The notes under the pieces: generated by a model
The model's database searches: none
Told to the model about the DNA's origin: nothing
Seen by the model: only the letters and a program-made list of their open reading frames with translations
Assembly (NCBI GenBank): GCA_964592815.1
Contig: CAZQGE010000005.1
Span: forward strand, 1-47,681
Origin: an uncultured Bacteroidaceae bacterium
Lineage (GTDB): Bacteria > Bacillota > Clostridia > Christensenellales > CAG-917
Direction of reading: 5' to 3'
Length of the DNA: 47,681 nt
In this document: positions 20,813 to 30,006 of the stretch, one piece after another
Layout: every line of letters begins with the position of its first letter
Numbering within the stretch: position 1 is the first letter of the stretch
Program-made: the position numbers and the translations under genes

Positions 20813-22297
20813 TTAATATTTTAGTTTTCTAAAAAACAACACTCTATCACCTGCTTTAAGCGGCATTTCCAAAGTCGGGTTTTGTTTTTGTATGTCCTCA
20901 GGTGTCGCCGTCAATGCTTTGCATAGTTCCCACATACCGTCGCCGTCACTAGCCATATACATTGACAATGCAGAATTGTTGACTTCTTTTTCTTTTCCAA
21001 TTTCAACTTCCGAAATATATTCAAATTCTCTTTCTTTTAGTTCTTTAACACCTATCCCTAAAAGCATATTGATTTCAATTTCTTTGTCGCGTTTTATTCT
21101 CGCAGATATATCGTCAACGGTTGCCGTAACTTCATTATCCAGAGCAAATTCGCCCGCAATCATAACAGAAAACGGAATTTCAGCCCTAACGGAATTGTAG
21201 CCGTTTTCATCAATGTATATCACGTCCGTGTTGACAATACCTTCAATAGTAAGTCCGTCAGCATTTACCTCTTTTTTGGACAAATAGCAATCGGCGTAAG
21301 GCGTTGACGCAATCTCTCTAGCAGCGGCACGATTTTCTTTCAACTGAGCCGTTCCAGACACTCTTTCTCCAAAATATTTCATTCCACAGAAGTTCATTGC
21401 TTCTTCTTCATCTTTTTCTATTTTAATTTCATTGGTAAGCATAAACATATCGTCAACCATTTCAACGTCAGAATATCCCACAATTATCGCATTCAACCCT
21501 ACTTCGCCTTCAAAGTGTATGATATTATCGCCCGTTACGCCTTGCAAAACAATTTTTGTGTTCTTTACGTCTGCAAAGCCTACAACTACGTCGTCCGCAC
21601 AAACGCCGTCAACTTCAAAATCATCGTTTAGAGCTATCTCCATTTGCTTGTTGCAAATTATGCTGTCTTCCGTATAAGTTATATTTACCGTTACAGAACC
21701 GTCCATTCTAATTCCGCCATCTGTTGCCGTCAATTTTTTAAGCACGCATACGGCATCAAGCATAAGGATATTTCCAATTTCTCCCGCTTCCAATTCGTCT
21801 TCTACAAATGAAGTCAGAACTTCCGACTTACATTTTACGGGCAACTTTACCATTTTCATAGTTTTGTAACTGTTTTCTGCATCGGAAAGATATTCCAATT
21901 CTTTGGCAACCTCCGTTGAAACCGTCGTTTCTATGACTGCATTCAGTTTAATGTCATTGTTGATTGTTACGTCACACTCAACAACGCTCATTGTTGTAAA
22001 CAAAGTTGCGGTTTCTATAAGTCCGTCACAATCTATGCGTTGGGTGAAGTCTGCGTTATAGTCAACGCCGCGCGGATTTTCTTCCGAGTCAAGATAAATC
22101 AACTTGAAATTGGCTCTTGCGGTAATTTCAGCATAATTATTTTCGGCTTCAGCTTTCAATATATGACAATCAACCGCCAAGGATAACACCTTGCTTATAC
22201 TTTCAGCGTCCACCCCGTCGGGCGAAAACTCTACGACTTTCTCTGACGATGGAAAGGATTTGTAATCCATAATATTTATTTTTTCAAAATTGAACAT
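20813..22297 (-). CDS. SPOCS (DUF3794) repeat plus C-terminal LysM spore-coat morphogenetic protein (SipL-like); start revised to MFNFEK
   Basis: Acidic beta-rich repeats (IEGIVNTDVIY...EIPF), LysM-like tail (GDGMWELCKAL..TPEDIQKQNP); sits between veg and ispE; SD GGAGG. Confidence 0.8.
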   Translation of the reverse strand: MFNFEKINIMDYKSFPSSEKVVEFSPDGVDAESISKVLSLAVDCHILKAEAENNYAEITARANFKLIYLDSEENPRGVDYNADFTQRIDCDGLIETATLFTTMSVVECDVTINNDIKLNAVIETTVSTEVAKELEYLSDAENSYKTMKMVKLPVKCKSEVLTSFVEDELEAGEIGNILMLDAVCVLKKLTATDGGIRMDGSVTVNITYTEDSIICNKQMEIALNDDFEVDGVCADDVVVGFADVKNTKIVLQGVTGDNIIHFEGEVGLNAIIVGYSDVEMVDDMFMLTNEIKIEKDEEEAMNFCGMKYFGERVSGTAQLKENRAAAREIASTPYADCYLSKKEVNADGLTIEGIVNTDVIYIDENGYNSVRAEIPFSVMIAGEFALDNEVTATVDDISARIKRDKEIEINMLLGIGVKELKEREFEYISEVEIGKEKEVNNSALSMYMASDGDGMWELCKALTATPEDIQKQNPTLEMPLKAGDRVLFFRKLKY

Positions 22298-22371
22298 AAC
22301 AGCCTCCATTTCACATTTAACATATTCCAGTAAAATCGGATATATTACAAAATTTTGGCAATAATTCAGCT

Positions 22372-22608
22372 ATGAGAGAAATTGGAACCGACACGAGTGA
22401 ATCAAAAGAAAGAGTTAAAAAGTTGACAGGCATACCATTGCTTTTGAAAATCGACGAAGGTAGAGGAAGAAGCTCAATTTACCACGGAACAATAATAAAC
22501 ACTTTCCCTGCTGTGTTTTCTGTTAAACTTGAAAATGGAGCAATCAAAACATTTTCATATTCCGACGTCCACACAAAAGGCATTATGTTTTTGAAAGAAG
22601 AAACCTAA
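22372..22608 (+). CDS. veg: Veg family protein
   Basis: GRGRS..YHGTIINTFPAVFSV...TFSYSDVHT signature. Confidence 0.8.
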   Translation: MREIGTDTSESKERVKKLTGIPLLLKIDEGRGRSSIYHGTIINTFPAVFSVKLENGAIKTFSYSDVHTKGIMFLKEET

Positions 22609-22842
22609 CGCTTAGATTTTGAATTAAAAAATTTTTGAAATTTGAATGTTTGAAAAAAGTAAAACCGATATTCTTTGACTAAGTCAAGATATATTATACT
22701 GCTGAGTTGATATTCTTTTAGCTACTGGGCAGTTTTATTCTATGATATTTTTTTATTACTAAGTTGCATATTACAACTTGGTTTTTTTTATGGCTTAATT
22801 TAGATTTGATTTATAATTGCGTTATTGCTCTTTAACAACACA

Positions 22843-24744
22843 TCATTTTATCGACATTGTTTTTTTGTTGCGAACAACAATTACAACAACCACAGCAACA
22901 GCCGCAATCAACATTGAAGAAATTGAAACCATTGTAAAGATTTCAAGAGGTCTTGACATAAACGAACTCACACTAAACAACAAAGAATGTTCGTTTGCAA
23001 CAGGCACGTATTGCTCGCTGCCAGAACTCATATCCTTAATGCTTGCCCAAATTTTATAATTGCCCGCCCTTGAGGGTTGATAAACAAATTGCACACCAGC
23101 ACCACATTCAACACCGTTGACGTACCACTTTATATCCAAATTACTTATATCGCAATATTGCAGACCAGTCAAAGTAAAGGTTACGCTCTCACGCGTATAT
23201 CCATTTATGTTTGAAGTTGCTTTATCAACGTCCTTGTTTGCATCATCTAAAACCGTAACCCTACAATTCCCCATAATGAAATTTTGATACGCCGCGCTGA
23301 TGGTTTTATTTTTTGCTTCAAGTTCTGAACCTCTATATGATGCAACAATTGACTGTTGACCACCTTTAAGCGGTAAATAAGTCAAAGTTTTGCCACTTCC
23401 CAAATATTCTTGTCCGCCACCGGGAAATTGAACGTACCAATCAATATTATTATATTTTGAGGCATTAACAAGGCCAACGGGTGAAAGCTCCGCCGTAAAT
23501 TCAATCGGTGTTTTATCGCCAAATCTGACGTTGAGAACTCCTAAAATATCGCTTACGGTACCATCTAAATTAGACTTAAGTGTCAATGCAGTAGGCTCTT
23601 GGTATTCAAAACCGTTTGTGTAATCTCCATTCATAACCTTAACGTAATCAACTGTTTTTAGCGAATAACCATTGTATTCAATGGTTTCCCCGTTAGTTTT
23701 GCAAACCGTGTTTGCAATTACGCTGGCAGGAGGTATTTTATCTGAAGTTAAAATTGATTTTAACTTAAGCATCAACATTGCCGTAATATTTGAAACCAAC
23801 GGCGTAGCCATACTTGTACCGTTTATTGTGCCAAAACCACTTAAGCCACCGCTGTATCTATATGCCCAAATGTCTGTTCCGGGGGCAATAACGTCATAAT
23901 CTCCATAATTTGAGCTAGAACGTTTAGCTTTAATTCCACCAATCTTTTCTTCATACGCCATAACTGAGACAACGTTGTCCATTGCGGCAGGATAAAACGC
24001 TCCCGTTCCGCTTTTTCCATCATATTTTTTGTTTTCGTTGCCAGTTGCGCCAACAACAACCGACGCTACCGCGGCATCGTTGATTGCATTTTGCAAAGCT
24101 GTACTGTTCCAATTTGTAGCAGTTGACGAACCCAATGACAAATTTATTATGTCTGCGCCCATTTGGCTTGCGCTTTTGACTGCAGAAACAAAAGTTTCAA
24201 GCACAAATTCATTTGTGTCAAGATAATTTGCCTTAATCGGCAATATCTTTATATACTCTTGAAGTCCCAATTCTTTTATTTGCATTGCAATAATCGACGC
24301 AACGGACGTTCCGTGAAGTTCTGAGCCTTGCTTGCCCGAAATTGTTGTTAACGTGCTATCTTTTACATTGTCAAGCCCACTCTTGCTAGTGCTTGCATTG
24401 AAAGCCGACGCGCCGTTGTTGTGCAACACTCCGTCAAAAACTCCATTCATACCTACTGCATCAGTAATAATACCAGTATCAATGACAGCAATAATTATTG
24501 GGTCACTCTTGTCAAGTTTGGTCAAATCAATTTTGTTGACTTGTTGTTTTAAGCCTGCCAAATCTAAGTTTGTTGAACTGTAATACCAAAGATTGCCTAA
24601 ATTTCTTCCACCCCAATTATAAGTGGTGTCAGCATAGGCGGTGTAAGAAAAATCAGCACCCAAAACACCCGCAATTGTCAAACTTGCAAGCAAAACGAGT
24701 ATTATCGCAAAAACTGTAAATTTCTGAGTTCTGTTATTTTTCAT
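22843..24744 (-). CDS. Surface-anchored S8 (subtilisin-like) serine peptidase with C-terminal Ig/PKD-like domains
   Basis: Signal peptide; AVIDTG, HGTSVA, ATGN and GTSMATP; C-terminal TM with basic tail. Confidence 0.88.
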   Translation of the reverse strand: MKNNRTQKFTVFAIILVLLASLTIAGVLGADFSYTAYADTTYNWGGRNLGNLWYYSSTNLDLAGLKQQVNKIDLTKLDKSDPIIIAVIDTGIITDAVGMNGVFDGVLHNNGASAFNASTSKSGLDNVKDSTLTTISGKQGSELHGTSVASIIAMQIKELGLQEYIKILPIKANYLDTNEFVLETFVSAVKSASQMGADIINLSLGSSTATNWNSTALQNAINDAAVASVVVGATGNENKKYDGKSGTGAFYPAAMDNVVSVMAYEEKIGGIKAKRSSSNYGDYDVIAPGTDIWAYRYSGGLSGFGTINGTSMATPLVSNITAMLMLKLKSILTSDKIPPASVIANTVCKTNGETIEYNGYSLKTVDYVKVMNGDYTNGFEYQEPTALTLKSNLDGTVSDILGVLNVRFGDKTPIEFTAELSPVGLVNASKYNNIDWYVQFPGGGQEYLGSGKTLTYLPLKGGQQSIVASYRGSELEAKNKTISAAYQNFIMGNCRVTVLDDANKDVDKATSNINGYTRESVTFTLTGLQYCDISNLDIKWYVNGVECGAGVQFVYQPSRAGNYKIWASIKDMSSGSEQYVPVANEHSLLFSVSSFMSRPLEIFTMVSISSMLIAAVAVVVVIVVRNKKTMSIK

Positions 24745-24824
24745 TTTCTTTCACCTTTACTAAAAGTACGTCAGCTTTCAATCAGTCTTTTGAGTTGCAA
24801 AATTAAAAGCCGTTAAAATAAGTT

Positions 24825-26279
24825 TTATGCGTTTAATTGTTTTTCAAGCATATCCAAAGATAACGTTAATCTGCTTATAGTTTCTTCCTTGCCAAGCACC
24901 AACGCCATTTCTATTGCTCCGCCAGGGGTGACGGGTTCGCCCGTCAAAGCAACACGCATACTGAACATAACTTGTCCGCCTTTAAGTCCGTTTTGTTCTG
25001 CCGATTGCTTAATTTGTTCCTTAATTCCATTTTCTGTCCAGTCTTCAAAGTTTTCCAAAGCGTCAATCGATACAATTACGGCTTTCTTTGCGACCTGAAA
25101 ATCTACTTTCATCTTTTGGTGAACAAACATATTTAAGTCATATTCATTGAATTTTGTCAAAAACGCAATTTTCTCTGAAATTTCAGACAGAATATCCACC
25201 CTAGTTTGCATAAGTTTTGCAATCTCTTGTTTGTTGAAAATTTTGCCCGCGTCTGTTTTTTCAATGTATGGTAGCGCAATTTTGTAAAATTCCTGCTCTG
25301 TCATTGACTTCAGATATTCGCCATTCAACCAACGCATTTTTTGTTCGTCAAATATTGATGAACTTTTTGAAATTCCGTCAACAGAGAAATTTTCCATCAT
25401 TTCCTCCATTGTCATCTTTTCTTGATTGTTTTTTGGACACCACCCCAAAAGTGCAATATAGTTTACAATTGCCTCTGGCAAATATCCCTTTGATATGAAA
25501 TCTTCAAAATTGGCGTCACCAAAACGTTTACTAAGTTTTCGTGTTGCGTCTTTCATAATTGGTGGCAAGTGCATATATTGCGGTCTTTCCCAACCAAAAC
25601 TATCGTAAATCAAATTGTATTTTGGTGTTGAACTCAAATATTCCATACCACGTATTACGTGCGTAATATTCATAAGGTGGTCGTCAACTACGTTTGCAAA
25701 GTTATACGTTGGCAGTCCGTCAGATTTCAACAAAACACCGTCTTCAATATCGTTTGTGTTGACGTCAATTTCGCCAAAAACCATATCTTTGTAAACAGTT
25801 TCAATGTTTTCAGGCACTTTTTGCCTTATAACGTACGTTTCACCGTTAGCAATTCGCTTTTCAATTTCTTCTTTGCTCAAATTTCTGCAATGTTTGTCAT
25901 ACGTATGAACACCGTTTGCATCACAAAGTCCTTCTAATCTTTTTTTATCGCAAAAACAGTAGTACGCTCCGCCCAGTTCAACAAGTTTTTCGGCATATTC
26001 TTTGTAAATATTCATTCTTTCAGTTTGAACGTAAGGGCCAAATCCGCCGTCTTTGTCAGGCCCTTCGTCATAAGTAATACCAGCAGTCGCAAGCGTACGA
26101 TAAATCATCTCAACCGCACCTTCAACCTTTCTTTCTTGGTCGGTGTCTTCAATACGCAAAATGAAATCACCACCATGTTGGCGTGCAAACAAAAATGCGT
26201 ATAATCCTGTTCTCAAATTGCCTATATGCATAAAGCCCGTTGGACTTGGGGCAAACCTAGTTCTTACTGTATCTTTCAT
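24825..26279 (-). CDS. gltX: Glutamate--tRNA ligase
   Basis: RFAPSPTG, HIGN, RIEDTD, KLSKR. Confidence 0.97.
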   Translation of the reverse strand: MKDTVRTRFAPSPTGFMHIGNLRTGLYAFLFARQHGGDFILRIEDTDQERKVEGAVEMIYRTLATAGITYDEGPDKDGGFGPYVQTERMNIYKEYAEKLVELGGAYYCFCDKKRLEGLCDANGVHTYDKHCRNLSKEEIEKRIANGETYVIRQKVPENIETVYKDMVFGEIDVNTNDIEDGVLLKSDGLPTYNFANVVDDHLMNITHVIRGMEYLSSTPKYNLIYDSFGWERPQYMHLPPIMKDATRKLSKRFGDANFEDFISKGYLPEAIVNYIALLGWCPKNNQEKMTMEEMMENFSVDGISKSSSIFDEQKMRWLNGEYLKSMTEQEFYKIALPYIEKTDAGKIFNKQEIAKLMQTRVDILSEISEKIAFLTKFNEYDLNMFVHQKMKVDFQVAKKAVIVSIDALENFEDWTENGIKEQIKQSAEQNGLKGGQVMFSMRVALTGEPVTPGGAIEMALVLGKEETISRLTLSLDMLEKQLNA

Positions 26280-27000
26280 AAAAAATTACTCCGTCTTTAA
26301 GTGATAAATCTTTCTCTTTATATATGTTCTTCAAAACACCGTCTTCCTCAAAAGAATAATATTCCGACGCATTGAAAATGTAGTGGTCAAGCAAACTTAT
26401 GCCAACGCTGTCAAGCGTCCACGCAATATCCCTTGTTATTGCAAAGTCGTTTTGTGACGGCTCTAAGTTTCCGCTTGGGTGATTGTGCGCAATCAAAATT
26501 GACGTCGCTCGGTTCTTCAAAGCAAAGTCAACAACTCGCCTAACCGACACTTGCACATTATCTGCACTATCGCCCTTAATATTGTCGCCTTTTATTACTT
26601 GTTCGTGCGCATCTAAGGCTAAAACGTAAAACATTTCTTTTTTTGCGCCATAAAACTTTGCGAACAAATAATCTCTAATTTCACCCTTGCCTTGCAAATG
26701 CTTACGCTTTGCTTGATTAGTTTTAACGTATCTACGAAAAACTTCTGGCATCATACTCAAAAACAACGCTGCATTTTGTGTCATTCCGTTGACCTCTGCA
26801 AGCCTTTCATAATCGGCTGTGAAAACTCCTTCCAAATTTTCAAATTGAGCCAGCAAATTGTGCGCTATTTCGTTTGTATCCTTGCGTGGTATAAACGTAA
26901 ACAACAAAAACTCCAAAATTTCGTGGTCATTCAAAAGCTCAACTCCGCCAGATTGAATTTTTTCTCTCATACGGTCTCGATGTCCGTCGTGAACAGCCAT
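26257..27000 (-). CDS. radC: RadC family JAB/MPN protein
   Basis: HDGHRDRMR, PRKDTN, AHNHPSG..PSQND, LLDH. Confidence 0.92.
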   Translation of the reverse strand: MAVHDGHRDRMREKIQSGGVELLNDHEILEFLLFTFIPRKDTNEIAHNLLAQFENLEGVFTADYERLAEVNGMTQNAALFLSMMPEVFRRYVKTNQAKRKHLQGKGEIRDYLFAKFYGAKKEMFYVLALDAHEQVIKGDNIKGDSADNVQVSVRRVVDFALKNRATSILIAHNHPSGNLEPSQNDFAITRDIAWTLDSVGISLLDHYIFNASEYYSFEEDGVLKNIYKEKDLSLKDGVIFYERYSKN

Positions 27001-27003
27001 ATC

Positions 27004-27420
27004 TTAAAGCTCCTTGTACTCGTTGAAAATTTCAGGGTCGTTTTTTACAAGCCTTATTAAGAGTTCAAACGACTTCTCCGATGTCTCAAACCCGAACTTT
27101 TTTTGTATAATTTTCCAAATTGCATATCCGCTTAAAAAGTCATACCAAAAATAACATTCGTCTTGAAGCTGAAAAATTTCAAGCTGATTGAAGTTTTGAT
27201 ACTTTGTCCATTGACGAAGCACGTCGATAAGCCCGTTTACCTCGGCGTTATCGTCGTATCTAGCGTGAATAAAACTCAGCATATATTTTTTAACTTCTTT
27301 GGAAAAGGTCACAACGCCTTGTTTTGCGTTTTCAATATCCTTAATTATCGCGGCAATTTCCGCTTCTTCCGAATATTTTTTTAGCACCTTTTGACAAGGA
27401 TATGCAAATGCGTTTGTCAT
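27004..27420 (-). CDS. Hypothetical protein, first gene of an orf-radC-gltX unit
   Basis: 138-aa ORF 3 nt from radC, with a promoter directly upstream. Confidence 0.7.
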   Translation of the reverse strand: MTNAFAYPCQKVLKKYSEEAEIAAIIKDIENAKQGVVTFSKEVKKYMLSFIHARYDDNAEVNGLIDVLRQWTKYQNFNQLEIFQLQDECYFWYDFLSGYAIWKIIQKKFGFETSEKSFELLIRLVKNDPEIFNEYKEL

Positions 27421-27428
27421 AATTTAAT

Positions 27429-27457
27429 ATTATAAACTATAAATATATAGTTTGCAA
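27429..27457 (-). promoter_or_regulatory. Sigma-A-type promoter 8 nt before the ATG (near-leaderless)
   Basis: TTGCAA-N17-TATAAT; no SD. Confidence 0.6.
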
Positions 27458-27525
27458 GTATAGTAATTATCAAAATAACAGCATCTGTGCCTTTATCGGG
27501 AGCAAAAATCGCTTATTACCCTAAT

Positions 27526-28248
27526 TTATATTTTATTGCTCAAATATATTGTGGTCGCCTTGAAAAGCGTTGTTGCAAGCGCAAGTTGGTACTCGGGTTT
27601 TACCAAGTTTTCTTCATCAAACGGACTGCTCAAAAATCCGCATTCAACAATAATAATCGGAAAGTTGACTTCATTGAGCAAATATTTGTCCGCTTTAAGG
27701 GCATCATATTCCCTTTTTGCCGTATAGGAATTGATTTCCGTGTTTAGTGTTTCTTGCATTATGTCTGCATATTCCTTGTCTTTCTCAGAACCAAAAAAAA
27801 CTTGCGCCCCCCTGCGCCCACGATAACCAAAAAAATTCATATGTACGCTTATGACAGCATCAGGTTTGCTTCCGTTCATAATTCCCACACGCTTTTGCAT
27901 ATCATCTCGCTTTTTGTTTTGCGACAATGACGAATACAGCCCCTTGTCACTTTTACGCGTGTAAACAACTCTGTACCCTGCCGACTGCATCATTTCGCCT
28001 AGATACAAAGCAATATGCAAATTCAAATCGCTTTCTCTTACTCCTGTTTTTACACCCGTCACGCCACCATCAATACCGCCGTGACCTGCGTCAATGACTA
28101 TTGTCGGCGAAGTTTTGACTTTGTGAGATACCCAACCAAAAGGTATAGCAAAAGCCCCCGATAAAATAAGTAGCACCGATATGACTGAAAACACAATTTT
28201 TTTATCGGGCAAACGAACTGCATAAATTCTTGAATAATTTTTTTTCAT
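27526..28248 (-). CDS. cwlD: N-acetylmuramoyl-L-alanine amidase (Amidase_3), CwlD-like
   Basis: N-terminal TM, IDAGHGGIDGG, ESDLNL, KRDDMQKR, SVHMN, GAQVFF, IVECGFLS. Confidence 0.75.
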   Translation of the reverse strand: MKKNYSRIYAVRLPDKKIVFSVISVLLILSGAFAIPFGWVSHKVKTSPTIVIDAGHGGIDGGVTGVKTGVRESDLNLHIALYLGEMMQSAGYRVVYTRKSDKGLYSSLSQNKKRDDMQKRVGIMNGSKPDAVISVHMNFFGYRGRRGAQVFFGSEKDKEYADIMQETLNTEINSYTAKREYDALKADKYLLNEVNFPIIIVECGFLSSPFDEENLVKPEYQLALATTLFKATTIYLSNKI

Positions 28249-28290
28249 AACACAATTTTACAATATGCATAAAGGTATAAAAATACGCAC

Positions 28291-28346
28291 TTTTCCACAA
28301 AGTTATCCACATTTTGCAGTCATTATGTGGACAACTTGGTGGATAA
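28291..28346. promoter_or_regulatory. Cluster of four DnaA boxes (two direct pairs, inverted relative to each other)
   Basis: TTTTCCACA 28291-28299, TTATCCACA 28303-28311, TGTGGACAA 28326-28334, GGTGGATAA 28338-28346. Confidence 0.8.
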
Positions 28347-28522
28347 CACAATTTTTTAACATAATTTTGACGTAAATTCTTGACATAAAAATCGCTCTTT
28401 TTTTAAGCTTTTTTTCTTAGGCTATGTTTATATGGCAATTTTCGACATTAAACACCCATTTATGAAAAATTTATAATTCTTAATCACTTAAATTTTTAAT
28501 ATGATATATTAAGGTGATAAAA

Positions 28523-29632
28523 ATGGTTAACTTATCTAATCTTATCGGTTTGCCCGTGCTAAACAAATCTAACGCAACTCTTGAAGGATACGTTTCTGAT
28601 GTATTTTTTGACGCAAAATGTAAAAAAACTGCATATTTTCAGGTATCGAAATCGCCCGAAGAAGAATCTTTTAAGTTGCTTGACTGCCGAATGGCGCTTG
28701 CTGTCAATGATGCCGTAATTATCAATGCAAAAACGCAGTTAATTGATAAAAGAGAAGTTGATACGACTGTTTTGAAAGATAAAATGCTTTCTAAGCAAAT
28801 TTTTTCGTATGACGGAATAAAAAAAGGTTACGTGGTGGACGTTGAAATTGGAGAACGCCATTACGTGAAAACTATAATTACAGATTACGGCAATTTAGAC
28901 AGCAAACAAATTTTGAACAATAATCAAATTATTTTTGTCAAAGCTCAAAAACGATTGAAGTCTGTAAAAAAATTTGATTTTTCTTCAAACGAAAACAGCA
29001 AAGTATCAATTTTGAACGATTTGAACAAAGCTGAACAACAAAGTTACGCTGAAAATGAAAACTTAAATGTATCCTATCAAAATGATAATTTACATATTGA
29101 ACAAAATACCCAGAGTGAAAACGTTTCAGAATCTATCTTTGAAAAAGTAAAAATTGTCGCTGTCAAACAACTAAAAGCTATACAAACAGACGCAATTCAA
29201 ACAAACGACAAAACTTGGCAACCTAAAATTGAACAAAGTCCTGTTAACGTCAAATTTCAACAAGAGCAATCAAAGGCTGAAAAAAATAACGAATTAACAA
29301 ATGATGAGAGCTTATCCAACGATAGTTTTGACGATAGTTTTGAAAATGCTGACAACTTGCCCCTAAAAGATAATCACCCCTTGATGACAGCCCTAAAAGG
29401 ACAAAAACATAATTCTGTTTTTGATGCAAAACTGAATAAGGTCAAAAGTGAGCATAACCCGTATCGCATCATTTGCGATTATGATTTTTTGCTTGGCAGA
29501 GAGCTTCAACAAGATTTAAGCACCTATATGGGTGAAATTATCGCGCCAAAAGGTTCGTTGGTTACAGACGGACTTGTAGAACAAGCAAGGTTGTGTGGGA
29601 AACTTGTTGAACTGACACTAAATTCCAAATAA
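28523..29632 (+). CDS. PRC-barrel domain protein with a long low-complexity linker; start revised to MVNLS
   Basis: LSNLIGLPVL...GYVSDVFFD and a second barrel (KQIFSYDG..KGYVVDVEI); Q/N/E-rich linker; compact C-terminal domain. Confidence 0.7.
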   Translation: MVNLSNLIGLPVLNKSNATLEGYVSDVFFDAKCKKTAYFQVSKSPEEESFKLLDCRMALAVNDAVIINAKTQLIDKREVDTTVLKDKMLSKQIFSYDGIKKGYVVDVEIGERHYVKTIITDYGNLDSKQILNNNQIIFVKAQKRLKSVKKFDFSSNENSKVSILNDLNKAEQQSYAENENLNVSYQNDNLHIEQNTQSENVSESIFEKVKIVAVKQLKAIQTDAIQTNDKTWQPKIEQSPVNVKFQQEQSKAEKNNELTNDESLSNDSFDDSFENADNLPLKDNHPLMTALKGQKHNSVFDAKLNKVKSEHNPYRIICDYDFLLGRELQQDLSTYMGEIIAPKGSLVTDGLVEQARLCGKLVELTLNSK

Positions 29633-29718
29633 AAAATTGTTGATTATCAACAATCAAATAAATAAAAATGGAATAAATTAAAGTAACACGTTTATTAAGC
29701 TAAGAAAATTCAGACAAT

Positions 29719-29746
29719 AAAAAAAGACCTATCATAGGTCTTTTTT
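29719..29746. terminator. Bidirectional intrinsic terminator
   Basis: AAAAAAAGACCTAT-C-ATAGGTCTTTTTT. Confidence 0.85.
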
Positions 29747-29771
29747 AATCCTTTACTTTTTATGTTTGATT

Positions 29772-29960
29772 TAGCTACGTTTTATTTCTTTGCTTTTGGT
29801 TTTTTGCGCTAGTCTTGTTTTGGCACTTAACTTTTGATTTTTTGTGTTAGCTTTGTTTTAGCAATTAGCTTTTGGTTTAATTGTGCTAGCTTCGTTTTAG
29901 CTCTTAACTTTTTATTTTTTGCGCTAGCTTTGTTTATGCTCTTTGCTTTGTTTTAGCACC
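29772..29960. repeat. Degenerate tandem repeat, about 5 x 38 bp
   Basis: Units start at 29772, 29810, 29848, 29887 and 29925; consensus approximately TAGCTTYGTTTTAGCWCTTARCTTTTGRTTTTTTGYGC. Confidence 0.8.
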
Positions 29961-30006
29961 TGATAATTTGGTGTCAACGTTAAGCCTATTGCCTTGTTTC
30001 AGTCAA

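Noticed and set aside
22667-22765. GATAT-initiated ~21-bp periodicity downstream of veg
   Set aside because: Only three poorly conserved units in very AT-rich DNA; not distinguishable from chance by eye.
26257-27000. radC as a marker of a mobile element
   Set aside because: It is the full-length chromosomal form overlapping gltX, with no integrase, transposase or att-like repeats.
28250-28513. oriC
   Set aside because: No dnaA, dnaN, rpmH or gidA neighbours and no switch in gene-strand bias across the site; retained only as a DnaA box cluster.
29772-29960. CRISPR array
   Set aside because: Units are contiguous and degenerate with no unique spacers, and no cas genes are present.
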